Source: Trueperaceae bacterium (GTDB lineage Bacteria > Deinococcota > Deinococci > Deinococcales > Trueperaceae). Taken from it: 64,000 bases of DNA. The number at the start of each line of letters is the position of its first letter. Position 1 is the first letter of the stretch. A model generated the notes under the pieces. The model searched no databases. It was not told the origin of the DNA and was given only the letters and a program-made list of their open reading frames with translations. The position numbers were made by a program, and so were the translations under genes. The stretch spans positions 1,888,001 to 1,952,000 of the forward strand of contig OZ243956.1 in the NCBI GenBank assembly GCA_965214405.1. The letters run 5' to 3'. This document shows, piece by piece, positions 10,877 through 20,173 of this stretch.

Positions 10877-11020
10877 ACGCTATTGTACCGAGCCAGAGCG
10901 CGCCTCACGCGGTTAGAAGGCTCGAGGGGACAAGTAACAAATTTTTCAGCAGGCGCGCTCTATGGCCGCTAAACTTAGCTCTATATTAGCGCCAGTCAAG
11001 GCCTTAATCCGGAGGAAAAG

Positions 11021-12250
11021 ATGCCAGTATACGAGTACAAAGCGAGGGACCGTAGCGGCAAATTGGTCACCGCCACGATGGAGGCGGGCTCGCAGCGCGA
11101 CGTCGCCTCCTCACTACGCGAAAAAGGCTACTTTATTAGCGAAATCAAAGCGCCCAAAACGGGGCTCAACGCCGACCTCAAGCTGCCCGCGTGGCTCGAC
11201 ATCGGCGGCAAGGTGACCCCGCGCGACATCACCGTGTTTAGCCGCCAGTTCGCCACGGTGATTAACGCGGGTTTGCCCGTGGTGCAGTCGCTCGCCATTT
11301 TGCAACGTCAGGCCGAAAAGCCGAGTCTAAAAAACGCGCTCAAAAAAGTTCGTGAGGACGTCGAGACGGGGCTTCCCCTCAGTGAAGCGCTCGCCAAATT
11401 TCCCAACATCTTTAACCGCCTCTACATCTACTTGGTGCGCGCGGGCGAGGTCTCGGGTAATTTAGACGGCATCTTGGAACGTATCGCCTCGTATCAGGAA
11501 AAGCAGGCGGCGCTCCGCGGCAAGATCAAGAGCGCCTTGACCTACCCCGTGGTGGTGCTCGTCATCGCCCTGGGTGTGACCTACTTCTTGCTCACGGCCA
11601 TCGTGCCGCAGTTTGCAAGCATCTTAGAAGGCCTTGGCGGTGACCTACCCCTTATCACTCGTATGCTCATGAATATAAGTGACTTTCTACGCTATCAGTG
11701 GTGGCTGCTCGCGCTCCTGAGCGTTGGGTCGTTTATGGGCGTAGGCTTTTTCTACCGCACACCGCAGGGCCATCATATGATCGACGGCCTCCTGCTCAAA
11801 GCGCCCGTTTTGGGTACTTTGCTCCAAAAAACCGCCATCGCCAGTTTTTCGAACACTTTCGGTTTGCTCCTAAAGAGCGGCGTCAACATTATCGAATCCA
11901 TCGAAATCACCAAGGGCACCTCGGGCAACGTGATTGTCGAAAACGTGCTCGACGAGGCCAAAGACGGGGTGCAACGCGGCGAGCAAATTAGCACCACACT
12001 GATCGAGCACCCGCGCGTGTTCCCGCCGCTGGTAAGTTCGATGATCGCCATCGGCGAGGAGACGGGCGCGGTGGACGGGATGTTGGAAAAAATCGCCATC
12101 TTTTACGAGCGCGAGGTAAACGAGGCGGTCGAAGGACTCACCGCGGCTTTAGAGCCCCTGCTTATCGTGTTCTTGGGTGGCGTGGTCGGGTTTATCGTGG
12201 CCGGGATGTTCCTGCCGATGTTTGCGATTATCGGGCAGTTGAGCGGCTAA
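11021..12250 (+). CDS. pilC: Type IV pilus platform protein PilC (T2SS F family)
   Basis: FSRQFATVINAG, AGEVSGNL, SALTYP, IGEETG, ALEP, MFLPMF. Confidence 0.9.
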   Translation: MPVYEYKARDRSGKLVTATMEAGSQRDVASSLREKGYFISEIKAPKTGLNADLKLPAWLDIGGKVTPRDITVFSRQFATVINAGLPVVQSLAILQRQAEKPSLKNALKKVREDVETGLPLSEALAKFPNIFNRLYIYLVRAGEVSGNLDGILERIASYQEKQAALRGKIKSALTYPVVVLVIALGVTYFLLTAIVPQFASILEGLGGDLPLITRMLMNISDFLRYQWWLLALLSVGSFMGVGFFYRTPQGHHMIDGLLLKAPVLGTLLQKTAIASFSNTFGLLLKSGVNIIESIEITKGTSGNVIVENVLDEAKDGVQRGEQISTTLIEHPRVFPPLVSSMIAIGEETGAVDGMLEKIAIFYEREVNEAVEGLTAALEPLLIVFLGGVVGFIVAGMFLPMFAIIGQLSG

Positions 12251-12251
12251 T

Positions 12252-12335
12252 TGTAGGGAACAGGGTCTTCTTTGCAATTATAAATTCAACTTTGCATTAA
12301 CTTTGCAATTTGTGATAAGCTATCTTTGCAACAGA
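12252..12335 (+). repeat. tnsA-proximal transposon end with four putative TnsB boxes
   Basis: TGT start then tcttctttgcaa, tcaactttgcat, ttaactttgcaa, ctatctttgcaa. Confidence 0.75.
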
Positions 12336-12355
12336 GGTAGCTTATCACTTCTTGT
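12312..12355 (+). terminator. 17-bp hairpin inside transposon end, candidate terminator of pilC read-through
   Basis: gtgataagctatctttg-caa-cagaggtagcttatcac; both mismatches are U-G pairs on the + transcript; followed by ttctt. Confidence 0.55.
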
Positions 12356-12418
12356 GTAGCTTGACATCCGCCTTCACTTCTACTTAGTAGGAGCTATGCG
12401 CCCGAACGGAGCTAGAAG

Positions 12419-13153
12419 ATGCAGGGTTACTCCCTCACTTACTTGGACCGCAGAAATGTACTTCATCTTAAGCGGCAGTTCGACTCGCTAACAATGACGC
12501 AGGTGAAAGAGTTCTCCCAAATAAGGGAGATTAAAGCGTACAAGGGTCAGAAGCACATGCCGGGCCATTTTTACATGACGAAGACGGATAGCTTGGTCGC
12601 TTACGAGAGCAGGCTCGAGATGTTCGTCCTCATGCAGCTCGACTTTAATCCGACTACGGTGAGCGTCGTCTCACAACCTTTTATTATTCACGTTACTGAC
12701 GGCAAAAACAGCTTTAAACATATTCCGGATTTTCTCGCGGTCTCAGCCGTGGAGGAAGTCACTGTTATAGACGTCAAGCCAAAAAAGTTTGCGGACAAAA
12801 CAGAGAATAAACGTAAATTCGGGGCTACAGCAGCCGCGTGCGAGTTAGCGGGATGGAGCTACTCCGTTCAGAGTGAGCCTGATCGCCTATTTATAGAAAA
12901 TCTACAATGGCTAGCAGGCTACCGCCGACACCTCCCGACAGTTGGCACTTACGCAGAGCAGTTAATTGAAGCTTGTGAGAAGAAGTCATTGCCGTTACAG
13001 GAACTTGTATCGGAAGTAGGGCCGTCTACTCTGGTACGGCCCGTCCTCTTTCACCTCTTGTGGCACCGGCTGCTCGAGATTGACATGTGTGCGCAGCTTA
13101 ACAACAAGTCGCTGGTCGATTTTCCTAAGGAGGCCTTCCGCAGTGGCGTTTAG
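12419..13153 (+). CDS. tnsA: TnsA-like transposase endonuclease subunit
   Basis: YESRLE, SQPF, HIPDF, IDVKP PD-(D/E)XK motifs; C-terminal LFHLLWH. Confidence 0.85.
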   Translation: MQGYSLTYLDRRNVLHLKRQFDSLTMTQVKEFSQIREIKAYKGQKHMPGHFYMTKTDSLVAYESRLEMFVLMQLDFNPTTVSVVSQPFIIHVTDGKNSFKHIPDFLAVSAVEEVTVIDVKPKKFADKTENKRKFGATAAACELAGWSYSVQSEPDRLFIENLQWLAGYRRHLPTVGTYAEQLIEACEKKSLPLQELVSEVGPSTLVRPVLFHLLWHRLLEIDMCAQLNNKSLVDFPKEAFRSGV

Positions 13154-15281
13154 AACGAGACTCACTTATGGGGACCGCGTTTGGTACGACGGAAACGCAC
13201 ACGAAGTCAAAGGATTTGAGGGTGGCAACGTCAAACTTCGCTCCCAGGCTGGGCGCCTCTTGAATATTTCACTCAACGTCCTTCTGTCTGCTGAAGACTA
13301 CAAGCTTTTAGACAAAGGAGATTACGAGCAGCAGGACTTGGTGACGTTCCCCGACAATTTACCAGAGGCTGCGCTCAAGCAAGCAGAGAAGCTGTTAGCG
13401 CACCTGCTCGAGGCGAGGACCGGGTACAGGTCAGGAAATCCTCTGACTGCTGAGGAGCACGAGCCGAGGGATGCTTACGACCCTACGCTCGTAAATATGA
13501 CTCAGCGGATGAAGTCCAAAGCCAAGGAACTAGGCATGGGTGTCCGCAACTTTTATAACTGTTCGAAGGCGTATGAGATGTACGGTCTCGTAGGTCTGGT
13601 TGACCAGAGGTCACTGAGAGGAAAAGGCACATCCTGGCGCGTCAACCCAAGAATCCGCGAGGGGATACTCAAGCTATTCGCAGAGCTAGAGCAGGGTTCG
13701 AATATCAGCATGATGACGATGATGCGCAAAGTCGAGCGGTGGACAAAGACAGAGTATCCGGAGGAAGAGATTGAGATGCCCTCTCAGCCGACTTTCAATG
13801 CTCTTCTTAAATCTCTTGATCAGGGTCGCGGCATCTTCGGCTCGACTAAGAACAGACAGAGCGCAGCTAACCGTCCTGAAACACCTTACAGGCAGTTCAC
13901 CGCCTCACGTCCGGGTGAGGTCGTCATCGTTGACTCTACACCCCTAGACGCCTTTGCTATTGACCCCGTCACCTTCAAGTGGGTTCAAGTTCAGCTCACC
14001 TTAGCGTACGACCTCTACACCCGCTCAATGCTCGATTGGCGCTTCACACCATATAGCGTTAAAGGCATCGACGCCGCTTTACTGCTGTTCGGAATCATTA
14101 AGCCCAAGATGATGAGAGAGGGTTGGCCTGAGAACGCGCGGTGGCCTTACGTCGGTGTACCGGAGAACGTCGTCATTGAGTTGCTCCGAGCTGACGCGCC
14201 GGATGGCTTGGCGAACGGGCCGATCGTCAACCCCGAAGCCGTCGTCATCGACAACGGAAAGGTTTTCCTTTCTCAAGCGTTCACGCATGGCTGTAAGCGC
14301 TTAGGCATTAGCATCCGGCTCGCCCGCCCCTACACACCTACCGACAAAGCGCATATCGAAAGTGTGTTCAAAACCATTCGGCTAAAATTTGTTGAGAGCC
14401 TGAAAGGTTATAAGGGACCTGATCTATTCTCTCGGGGCAAAAATGTTGAGGCAGACGCGTTCTACTTCATCGACGAGATGGAGCGCTATTTCGCGGAGTG
14501 GGTCGCCACCTTCTGGCACAAGCGTCACCACCGTGGGTTACTGTTCCCCGAGGTGCCGCGCCTGCACCTCAGCCCTAACGACCTGTACGAGGAAGGAATA
14601 GCCAAGGCGGGTTTTATGTATGTCGTTCCCGACCAGCGCCTTTACTACGAGTTGCTCCCTACAGAATGGCGGACCGTCCAGCATTACGGCGTCGAAGTCT
14701 CGACGCTTGTTTACGACGGCGACATCCTTAATGATTACCGTGACGCGAAGTCACCCTACCTGGGCAAGCCGGAAAATGAGGGCAAATGGCCTATCCGGTA
14801 TGACCCCAGAGACAAGTCGGAAGTATACTTTTACGATCCGTCCTTAGATAAGTGGCACACGCTCTACTGGACGGGCGCGCTCTACCCGAACCGCCCCTTT
14901 GATGACTCTACGCTAGCCTTCGCTAAGCTCAAGGTCAAAGAGCGGGGGGGTAACCCTGGCAACCAGAGGGAAGTAGAGGCCACCTTGAATGAGCTACTGA
15001 ACCGTATGGACGATCACGTATTCGAGAACGAGAAGGAGCGCAAGCTGGCCGCCAAGCGCGCCATCCAAGCTCAATTGTCCAGGAGTGAGCGCCCGAACAC
15101 CGCTTCGTACTCGCTACTCGGCCCTGACGACGAAGCGCGTTTTGGCGGGGTGACCCTGACGGGCAAGGCTGATCTTGAAGTTGAGGATGACCCGACGATA
15201 ACCGAAGAGGACCTGCGGGGGACGCTCGCGCTTTTTGAAGCGGTGAGCGACTTCGACGACGATGACGACCTAGGTTTTTGA
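13143..15281 (+). CDS. tnsB: TnsB-like DDE transposase
   Basis: IVDSTPLD, VIDNGKVF, DKAHIESVF catalytic triad; Mu-type C-terminal YDPRD; GTG 13143 with aaggagg RBS. Confidence 0.9.
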   Translation: MAFRTRLTYGDRVWYDGNAHEVKGFEGGNVKLRSQAGRLLNISLNVLLSAEDYKLLDKGDYEQQDLVTFPDNLPEAALKQAEKLLAHLLEARTGYRSGNPLTAEEHEPRDAYDPTLVNMTQRMKSKAKELGMGVRNFYNCSKAYEMYGLVGLVDQRSLRGKGTSWRVNPRIREGILKLFAELEQGSNISMMTMMRKVERWTKTEYPEEEIEMPSQPTFNALLKSLDQGRGIFGSTKNRQSAANRPETPYRQFTASRPGEVVIVDSTPLDAFAIDPVTFKWVQVQLTLAYDLYTRSMLDWRFTPYSVKGIDAALLLFGIIKPKMMREGWPENARWPYVGVPENVVIELLRADAPDGLANGPIVNPEAVVIDNGKVFLSQAFTHGCKRLGISIRLARPYTPTDKAHIESVFKTIRLKFVESLKGYKGPDLFSRGKNVEADAFYFIDEMERYFAEWVATFWHKRHHRGLLFPEVPRLHLSPNDLYEEGIAKAGFMYVVPDQRLYYELLPTEWRTVQHYGVEVSTLVYDGDILNDYRDAKSPYLGKPENEGKWPIRYDPRDKSEVYFYDPSLDKWHTLYWTGALYPNRPFDDSTLAFAKLKVKERGGNPGNQREVEATLNELLNRMDDHVFENEKERKLAAKRAIQAQLSRSERPNTASYSLLGPDDEARFGGVTLTGKADLEVEDDPTITEEDLRGTLALFEAVSDFDDDDDLGF

Positions 15282-15291
15282 GGGGACAGCC

Positions 15292-16443
15292 GTGCTTGAT
15301 ATATACGAGGTAGACACCGACGAGATTTATCTTGACGAGCTAGATGATATCGACCTCCCCTTCGCGCAGCCTCAGCCTGTCATCTATGAGGACTGGAAGG
15401 CGTTCGTGGACCGGCCGCAACCGGTCAAACCCGAAACGCCCACGGCGGCAGGGTTCGCGAAGATGTCCGAAAGGGAGAAGCACGAGTCACGCAAGAACAG
15501 GATGCTTTATCATGCTGCGTTCGGCCCTCTAAAAATCGACTCTCACATGAAGATTAGCGGTGACCTCCTCCTGCTTTCGAACAACAACCTGCGTGCTAGC
15601 CCCGGCGCGAGAGTAGGGGGGGTGATTGACGGTGAAGGTACGTTGGGTAAGACGACCATCGTGCTCCAGATAGGCCGGAAGTACGAGAAAGCGAGACGCA
15701 AGCAAATGCGCGACCGGTTAGGCGAAGATGATCTGATGCCGAACGGTTGGGTGTTCATTCCGGTGGTTTATATCGTGCTGCCCGGCGAGACAACGCCGAA
15801 AAGCCTTTACGAGGCGCTGGCTAATTACTACGGGGTTCCCCTACCCGCAAGATATACGTTGTCCTGGTTGAAGCAGAAGGTGAGGGAGTTCGCCAGGAAC
15901 TGCGGAACGTCACTGATCATCGTGGACGAAATTCACTATCTGCAGATGAGAAACCGCAACGATAAGGACGTCAATAACCACCTGAAAGAGCTCGCCAACA
16001 TTGTCTCGGCGACGCTCGTGTATGCGGGCATTGACTGTGACGGTGCCAACCTCTTTAACGAAGGGCGCTCGGAAGACACAAAGCGCTTTTCCCAAACTCG
16101 CCGCCGCTTTAAAGAATATAAAGTGACAGCTTACACCCTCAAAACTGAGATCCAGAAGAATCGGTGGCTGAGCCTCATCAACTCCTTCGAGGCCCATATG
16201 TGTTTGGTGAAGCATGAACCGGGCTCTTTAGTTGGGCTCGGCGAGTACATCTTCTACCGTACGGGCGGATCAGTAGGTGCAGTAAGTACGCTTGTCAGGC
16301 AGGGCGCTAACTTGGCTATCAAAGAGGGAGGCGAAAAATTCACGAAAACACTGCTTAACAGGGTGAGGCTTGACAAGGGATCGGAGGAGTATCATAAGGA
16401 ATATCTCGCCCGTCAACGTGAGAGGAAAAAGGCATCGAGCTAA
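15292..16443 (+). CDS. tnsC: TnsC/TniB AAA+ ATPase
   Basis: Walker A GEGTLGKT, Walker B LIIVDEIH, LVYAGID, RTGGSVG. Confidence 0.9.
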   Translation: MLDIYEVDTDEIYLDELDDIDLPFAQPQPVIYEDWKAFVDRPQPVKPETPTAAGFAKMSEREKHESRKNRMLYHAAFGPLKIDSHMKISGDLLLLSNNNLRASPGARVGGVIDGEGTLGKTTIVLQIGRKYEKARRKQMRDRLGEDDLMPNGWVFIPVVYIVLPGETTPKSLYEALANYYGVPLPARYTLSWLKQKVREFARNCGTSLIIVDEIHYLQMRNRNDKDVNNHLKELANIVSATLVYAGIDCDGANLFNEGRSEDTKRFSQTRRRFKEYKVTAYTLKTEIQKNRWLSLINSFEAHMCLVKHEPGSLVGLGEYIFYRTGGSVGAVSTLVRQGANLAIKEGGEKFTKTLLNRVRLDKGSEEYHKEYLARQRERKKASS

Positions 16444-17640
16444 GAGCTACAACTTCTCCGGTCAGGCGTCTGCCGTTTCGGCTCGAGCCCGTTAAGGGAG
16501 AATCCTTCCTAAGCTATATTGAGCGTCTTGCTGCACACTGCGATCTTCAAACCCCAGAACTTTTGCGTTATTTACACGTCACTGATCAACCTAAGCTTCA
16601 CGCCGTCCACACCCGCATCTTGTTCCACTTACCGAATCCCATCCTACAAAATCTCGCGCACATCACTCGCCTAGATGTGCGGGTTCTAGAGCGTATGTTT
16701 CTAGATGTCTATACAGACAAGGTTTTCGACAAGATGGTTCCTGGGTCCCGGTTGGAATCATCAGGCGGTATCGCCGCCAAAAGTTTTTGGGTAAACACTC
16801 GATCTGCATGCGCATGTCCTGAATGCATCGCTGAAGACCGAGGTGCCTGGCAACTACAATGGTTACTGCCATGGTCGTTTGCGTGTTTGCGGCACAATCT
16901 CGTTTTGCCACAGCACTGTCCAAAATGCCGTCAGCCTTTACGGAGCAACATTTCTGCGAGACCAAATGCTTTCTCATTAGCATCAGGGATACCAGTTACA
17001 GGATGCTGTGAAAACAGGTTGGGGTTTGGCGAGAAGGTAGAATCGACGGATTCAAAATGTGGTTTTGAGCTAGCACAAATGCAGGCAATTTCATTGGTCG
17101 AATGGTCAGCCTTGATTGCAGCACAACAGCGGTTAAATGACGCTATGGAAGGAAAAACGATGAAGGTGGGTGGCCAGGCAGTATCATCCGTCGATTATCT
17201 TAAGGATATTAGGGTGATATCAAAACTTTTACTCTTCGCTAGTGATATGAAACTGCTCGAAAATCTGCCCGGAGAGATGGCGAACTATATTGAAATGCTT
17301 TTTGCTGATTATCAGCTTCAGTACAGCAAGAGTCAAGTCACACCGGACTTCAAACGAGGCGGACAGCTGTGTGAGCCGTACCTTGCCTACCGTGATAACG
17401 CTGTTATGGCAGCTATTCTTCCTACAGCCACGCATATAGCTGCTAGCTCAGATTCGTCAGAACTTGCCGCACATTTAGATGAATTACTCTCTTATGTATA
17501 CAGACGTTCGAGACCGTATTCAACACGTGCAAAAAGCTTGTTGGCCAGCAAGATTTTCTCAAACCGCCTACGCCTTTTAATCTTAAAAGCTATAGGTGTG
17601 TCTGTAGTTGCTGAAGAAATCCACCTCAGATTGAAACTAG

Positions 17641-18558
17641 GGTCTGTCTGACAGAAGGGATGAAGATGGTTTAGGGTAGGCGTATGGCACGAACAGACCT
17701 AAAAGAGCAGCAGTGGCAAGCACTAAAACCGCATCTACCCCCCAATCCCCAACGGGGTCACAACTACCGCAACCACCGACAGGTCATCAACGGCATTTCG
17801 TGGCGCTTGAAAACAGGCGCTCCCTGGCGCGACGTTCCTGAACGCTACGGACCTTGGCAGACCTGCTGGGACCGCTTCACGAGGTGGGAGCGCAACGGTG
17901 TCTGGAAGCGCATCCTGCACAGGCTTCAAGCTCACGCCGATGCGGCGGGTGAGATTGATTGGGACGGCGCAGCGTTAGACAGCTCTCATATTAAAGCGCA
18001 CCGCAGCGCCAGCGGGGCGAGGAAGCGGCCTGCTGAGGGTGAAAAAAGGGGACCTTAGCAGACGAGTGGCTGGGACACTCACGCGGAGGCCACACCAGCA
18101 AGGTGCATACCTGCGCGGACGGCAAAGTGCGACCCCTGTCCGTGGTCATCACGGCGGGACAGCGCAACGACGCCGCTTGGCTAGAGCCGGTCTTGGACGA
18201 GATTTATGTGCCCCGCCTTGGCAGAGGGCGACCGCGTAAGCGCCCCCCTCAGCTTAGACTCGACCGCGCTTATGGTTTCAACAAGCAGCGGAAGATACTA
18301 AGGCGCAGGGGCATCATCTGTATCAGCCCCGAGCGCGAAGATGCCAAGAAGTCTCGCTTGTCTAAGGGCACAAAAGGTGGACGACCTCCTGCTTTCGATA
18401 AGCAAGCCTACAAAGGACGTAACGTGGTCGAACGCTGCATCAACCGACTTAAAGACTTTCGCGCCGTTGCCACCCGCTACGACAAACGCGGCAGAAACTA
18501 CCGTGCTGGTGTGCTCCTCGCCTCCATCATCCTCTGGCTTTGATTAGTCAGACAGACC
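17641..18558 (+). mobile_element. IS5-family insertion sequence (918 bp, two-ORF type)
   Basis: 12-bp TIR ggtctgtctgac/gtcagacagacc, flanked by CTAG on both sides. Confidence 0.92.
17684..18543 (+). CDS. IS5-family transposase, ORF A (17684-18058) + ORF B joined by probable -1 frameshift
   Basis: [17 protein letters not shown]; slippery gaaaaaagggg near 18041; [35 protein letters not shown]. Confidence 0.85.
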
Positions 18559-18802
18559 CTAGCTGAGTTTGACGCCTTGTTGAAAAGACTCGCAAAACGG
18601 ATAACGGAGCTGAGGCTAGAGCGCCAGCTCACCTTAGATGAGGTGGCGAGAATGACATATATAAGTTTGCCCGTGCTCACCGCTATCGAGGCAGCCAAGC
18701 ACAACATGACGATCATCGAGCTTTATCGCTTGGCTCGTATATTCGATATGTGGCCTAATGAGCTCGTTGCAGAGGCGGAGGAAACTGGGTAACAATGAAA
18801 AA

Positions 18803-19051
18803 ATGGCAAACATCAAAAGAGAACCCGATCCTCAGTTCGAAATCTTTAAGGCTGCTGTGGGAGAGCGCATTCGGAACCTTAGAGAAATCAACCATCTAAC
18901 ACAAGCCGAACTATCAGAAAAGACCAATATCAACCGTACGCACATCAGCATGATCGAGAATGGCCGCAAAGATATCAACCTTTCGACCCTCTATAGACTG
19001 GCGAACGAGTTTAAGCTACGCCCAAGTAACTTGATGGATGTCGACCTGTGA
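18803..19051 (+). CDS. XRE-family HTH regulator (C-protein-like)
   Basis: GERIRNLR...LTQAELS...ISMIENG.KDINLSTLYRLA. Confidence 0.85.
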   Translation: MANIKREPDPQFEIFKAAVGERIRNLREINHLTQAELSEKTNINRTHISMIENGRKDINLSTLYRLANEFKLRPSNLMDVDL

Positions 19052-19110
19052 ATCCATCACTTTACTGAAGTAGATTCCAAGCAGCTTTTGCGCTAGAAGG
19101 CATCCTGACG

Positions 19111-19410
19111 CTACTTATGCTTTTGCCGCTTCACCCTCTCCGACCACGCCTCCGTCTCGAGAGAGCGTATCTCTTCTTCATCCGGCTCCTTCACGAACTC
19201 CCCTGGGTCAACCCCTATCGCCCTCGCCACCGCCAGCAGGCTAAAGAGCGTGGGGTTGAAAGGACGCTTTTCGTCTCGAGCCTCGAAGCGCTGGTAGCTG
19301 CGTAGAGGTAGATGCGTCCTCTCGGCCACGTCTTCTTGCTTGAGGTTCCGGGCGAGCCGGGCCTTGCGAATGCGCATCCGCATCACCGAAAGAAAAACGT
19401 CGTCGCGCAC
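19111..19410 (-). CDS. XRE-family HTH regulator
   Basis: RIRKARLARNLKQEDVAER...YQRFE...NPTLFSLLAVARAIGV. Confidence 0.85.
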   Translation of the reverse strand: MRDDVFLSVMRMRIRKARLARNLKQEDVAERTHLPLRSYQRFEARDEKRPFNPTLFSLLAVARAIGVDPGEFVKEPDEEEIRSLETEAWSERVKRQKHK

Positions 19411-19444
19411 ATTGCCATCATGGCGAGCCCCGCGTGTCTTTTGA

Positions 19445-19486
19445 ACGAGTAATATCTCGTGTTAAGCTAGACGAGATATTACTCGT
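19445..19486. promoter_or_regulatory. Double palindromic operator
   Basis: acgagtaatatctcgt-N10-acgagatattactcgt: perfect 16-bp inverted pair, each ACGAG-N6-CTCGT, between divergent genes. Confidence 0.75.
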
Positions 19487-19575
19487 GTTAGGAGGCGCAA
19501 GATTGGTAAGGGAAGTAGGCAGATCTCTTGAGCGTCGGGTTTCAGGACGCAACTAAGACTCTCTACGGAGGATTC

Positions 19576-20076
19576 ATGGTTAGAAAAACTGCTTTGTTAC
19601 TACTCATCCTGCTCTCCGCCTGCGCCCCCACGCTCGAGCCCCAAACGCAGAGCCAGGTGGACGCGAGCCCAGTTCCTCGAGCCAACGTCCTCTGGACCGC
19701 GCAGGTGAGTGGCGTCGAGCGTTATGCCGGGGCTTATCAGGGCGAGCGGGGTGAGGCCACTGTGCAAGACGGACAGGTGTTGGAACTTGAACTCAGCAAC
19801 AACGTCTTTTTCGACCTGGCCCGCTTCACTGACGGGAGCGTCGAGAGCCCGCCTATGAACCTCACCTACCGCGGCGGCGGTCTGCTCTCGGGCACCGCCT
19901 CGGTCGTTTTCGAAGGCGTGGGCAGCCTGGGGGAGCGGCGCTTCTTCAGCGGCGAGGCTGAGACGAACTTCGTGCTCGAGGGGGACTACGTCACCGGCTC
20001 TTTACGCTTGAGCGGCCAAGACAACGTGGGACAGGTCGTGAATGTGGTGGTCGAGAATCTACGGGTGCCTTATTGA
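19576..20076 (+). CDS. Hypothetical lipoprotein
   Basis: ggagga RBS, lipobox LSAC, beta-rich sequence. Confidence 0.7.
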   Translation: MVRKTALLLLILLSACAPTLEPQTQSQVDASPVPRANVLWTAQVSGVERYAGAYQGERGEATVQDGQVLELELSNNVFFDLARFTDGSVESPPMNLTYRGGGLLSGTASVVFEGVGSLGERRFFSGEAETNFVLEGDYVTGSLRLSGQDNVGQVVNVVVENLRVPY

Positions 20077-20173
20077 GCGGGTCTTATGTTTGTTCTTTTA
20101 TGGGAGAAGGCGTTGGCGCGGTTGCAAGTTCGGGTTTAGAGACCATAAAACAGAAAGGAAGAGAGGACAGAGC

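Larger units (their letters stand above)
16434..18792 (+). pseudogene. tniQ: tniQ-XRE HTH fusion gene interrupted by IS5-family element
   Basis: TniQ motifs RLPFRLEPVKGESFLSYIERLA (upstream of the track start), CPEC..W...W...ACLRH..L..HCPKC; removing the IS and one CTAG joins the frame to the HTH ORF 18577-18792; no canonical start codon before 16563. Confidence 0.8.

Noticed and set aside
12250..12254. attgt here and at 52868-52872 as a 5-bp TSD
   Set aside because: Would leave ends AGGG...CAAC without terminal TG/CA; overlaps the end sequence itself
18577..18792. Stand-alone XRE gene
   Set aside because: Better explained as the severed C-terminus of tniQ
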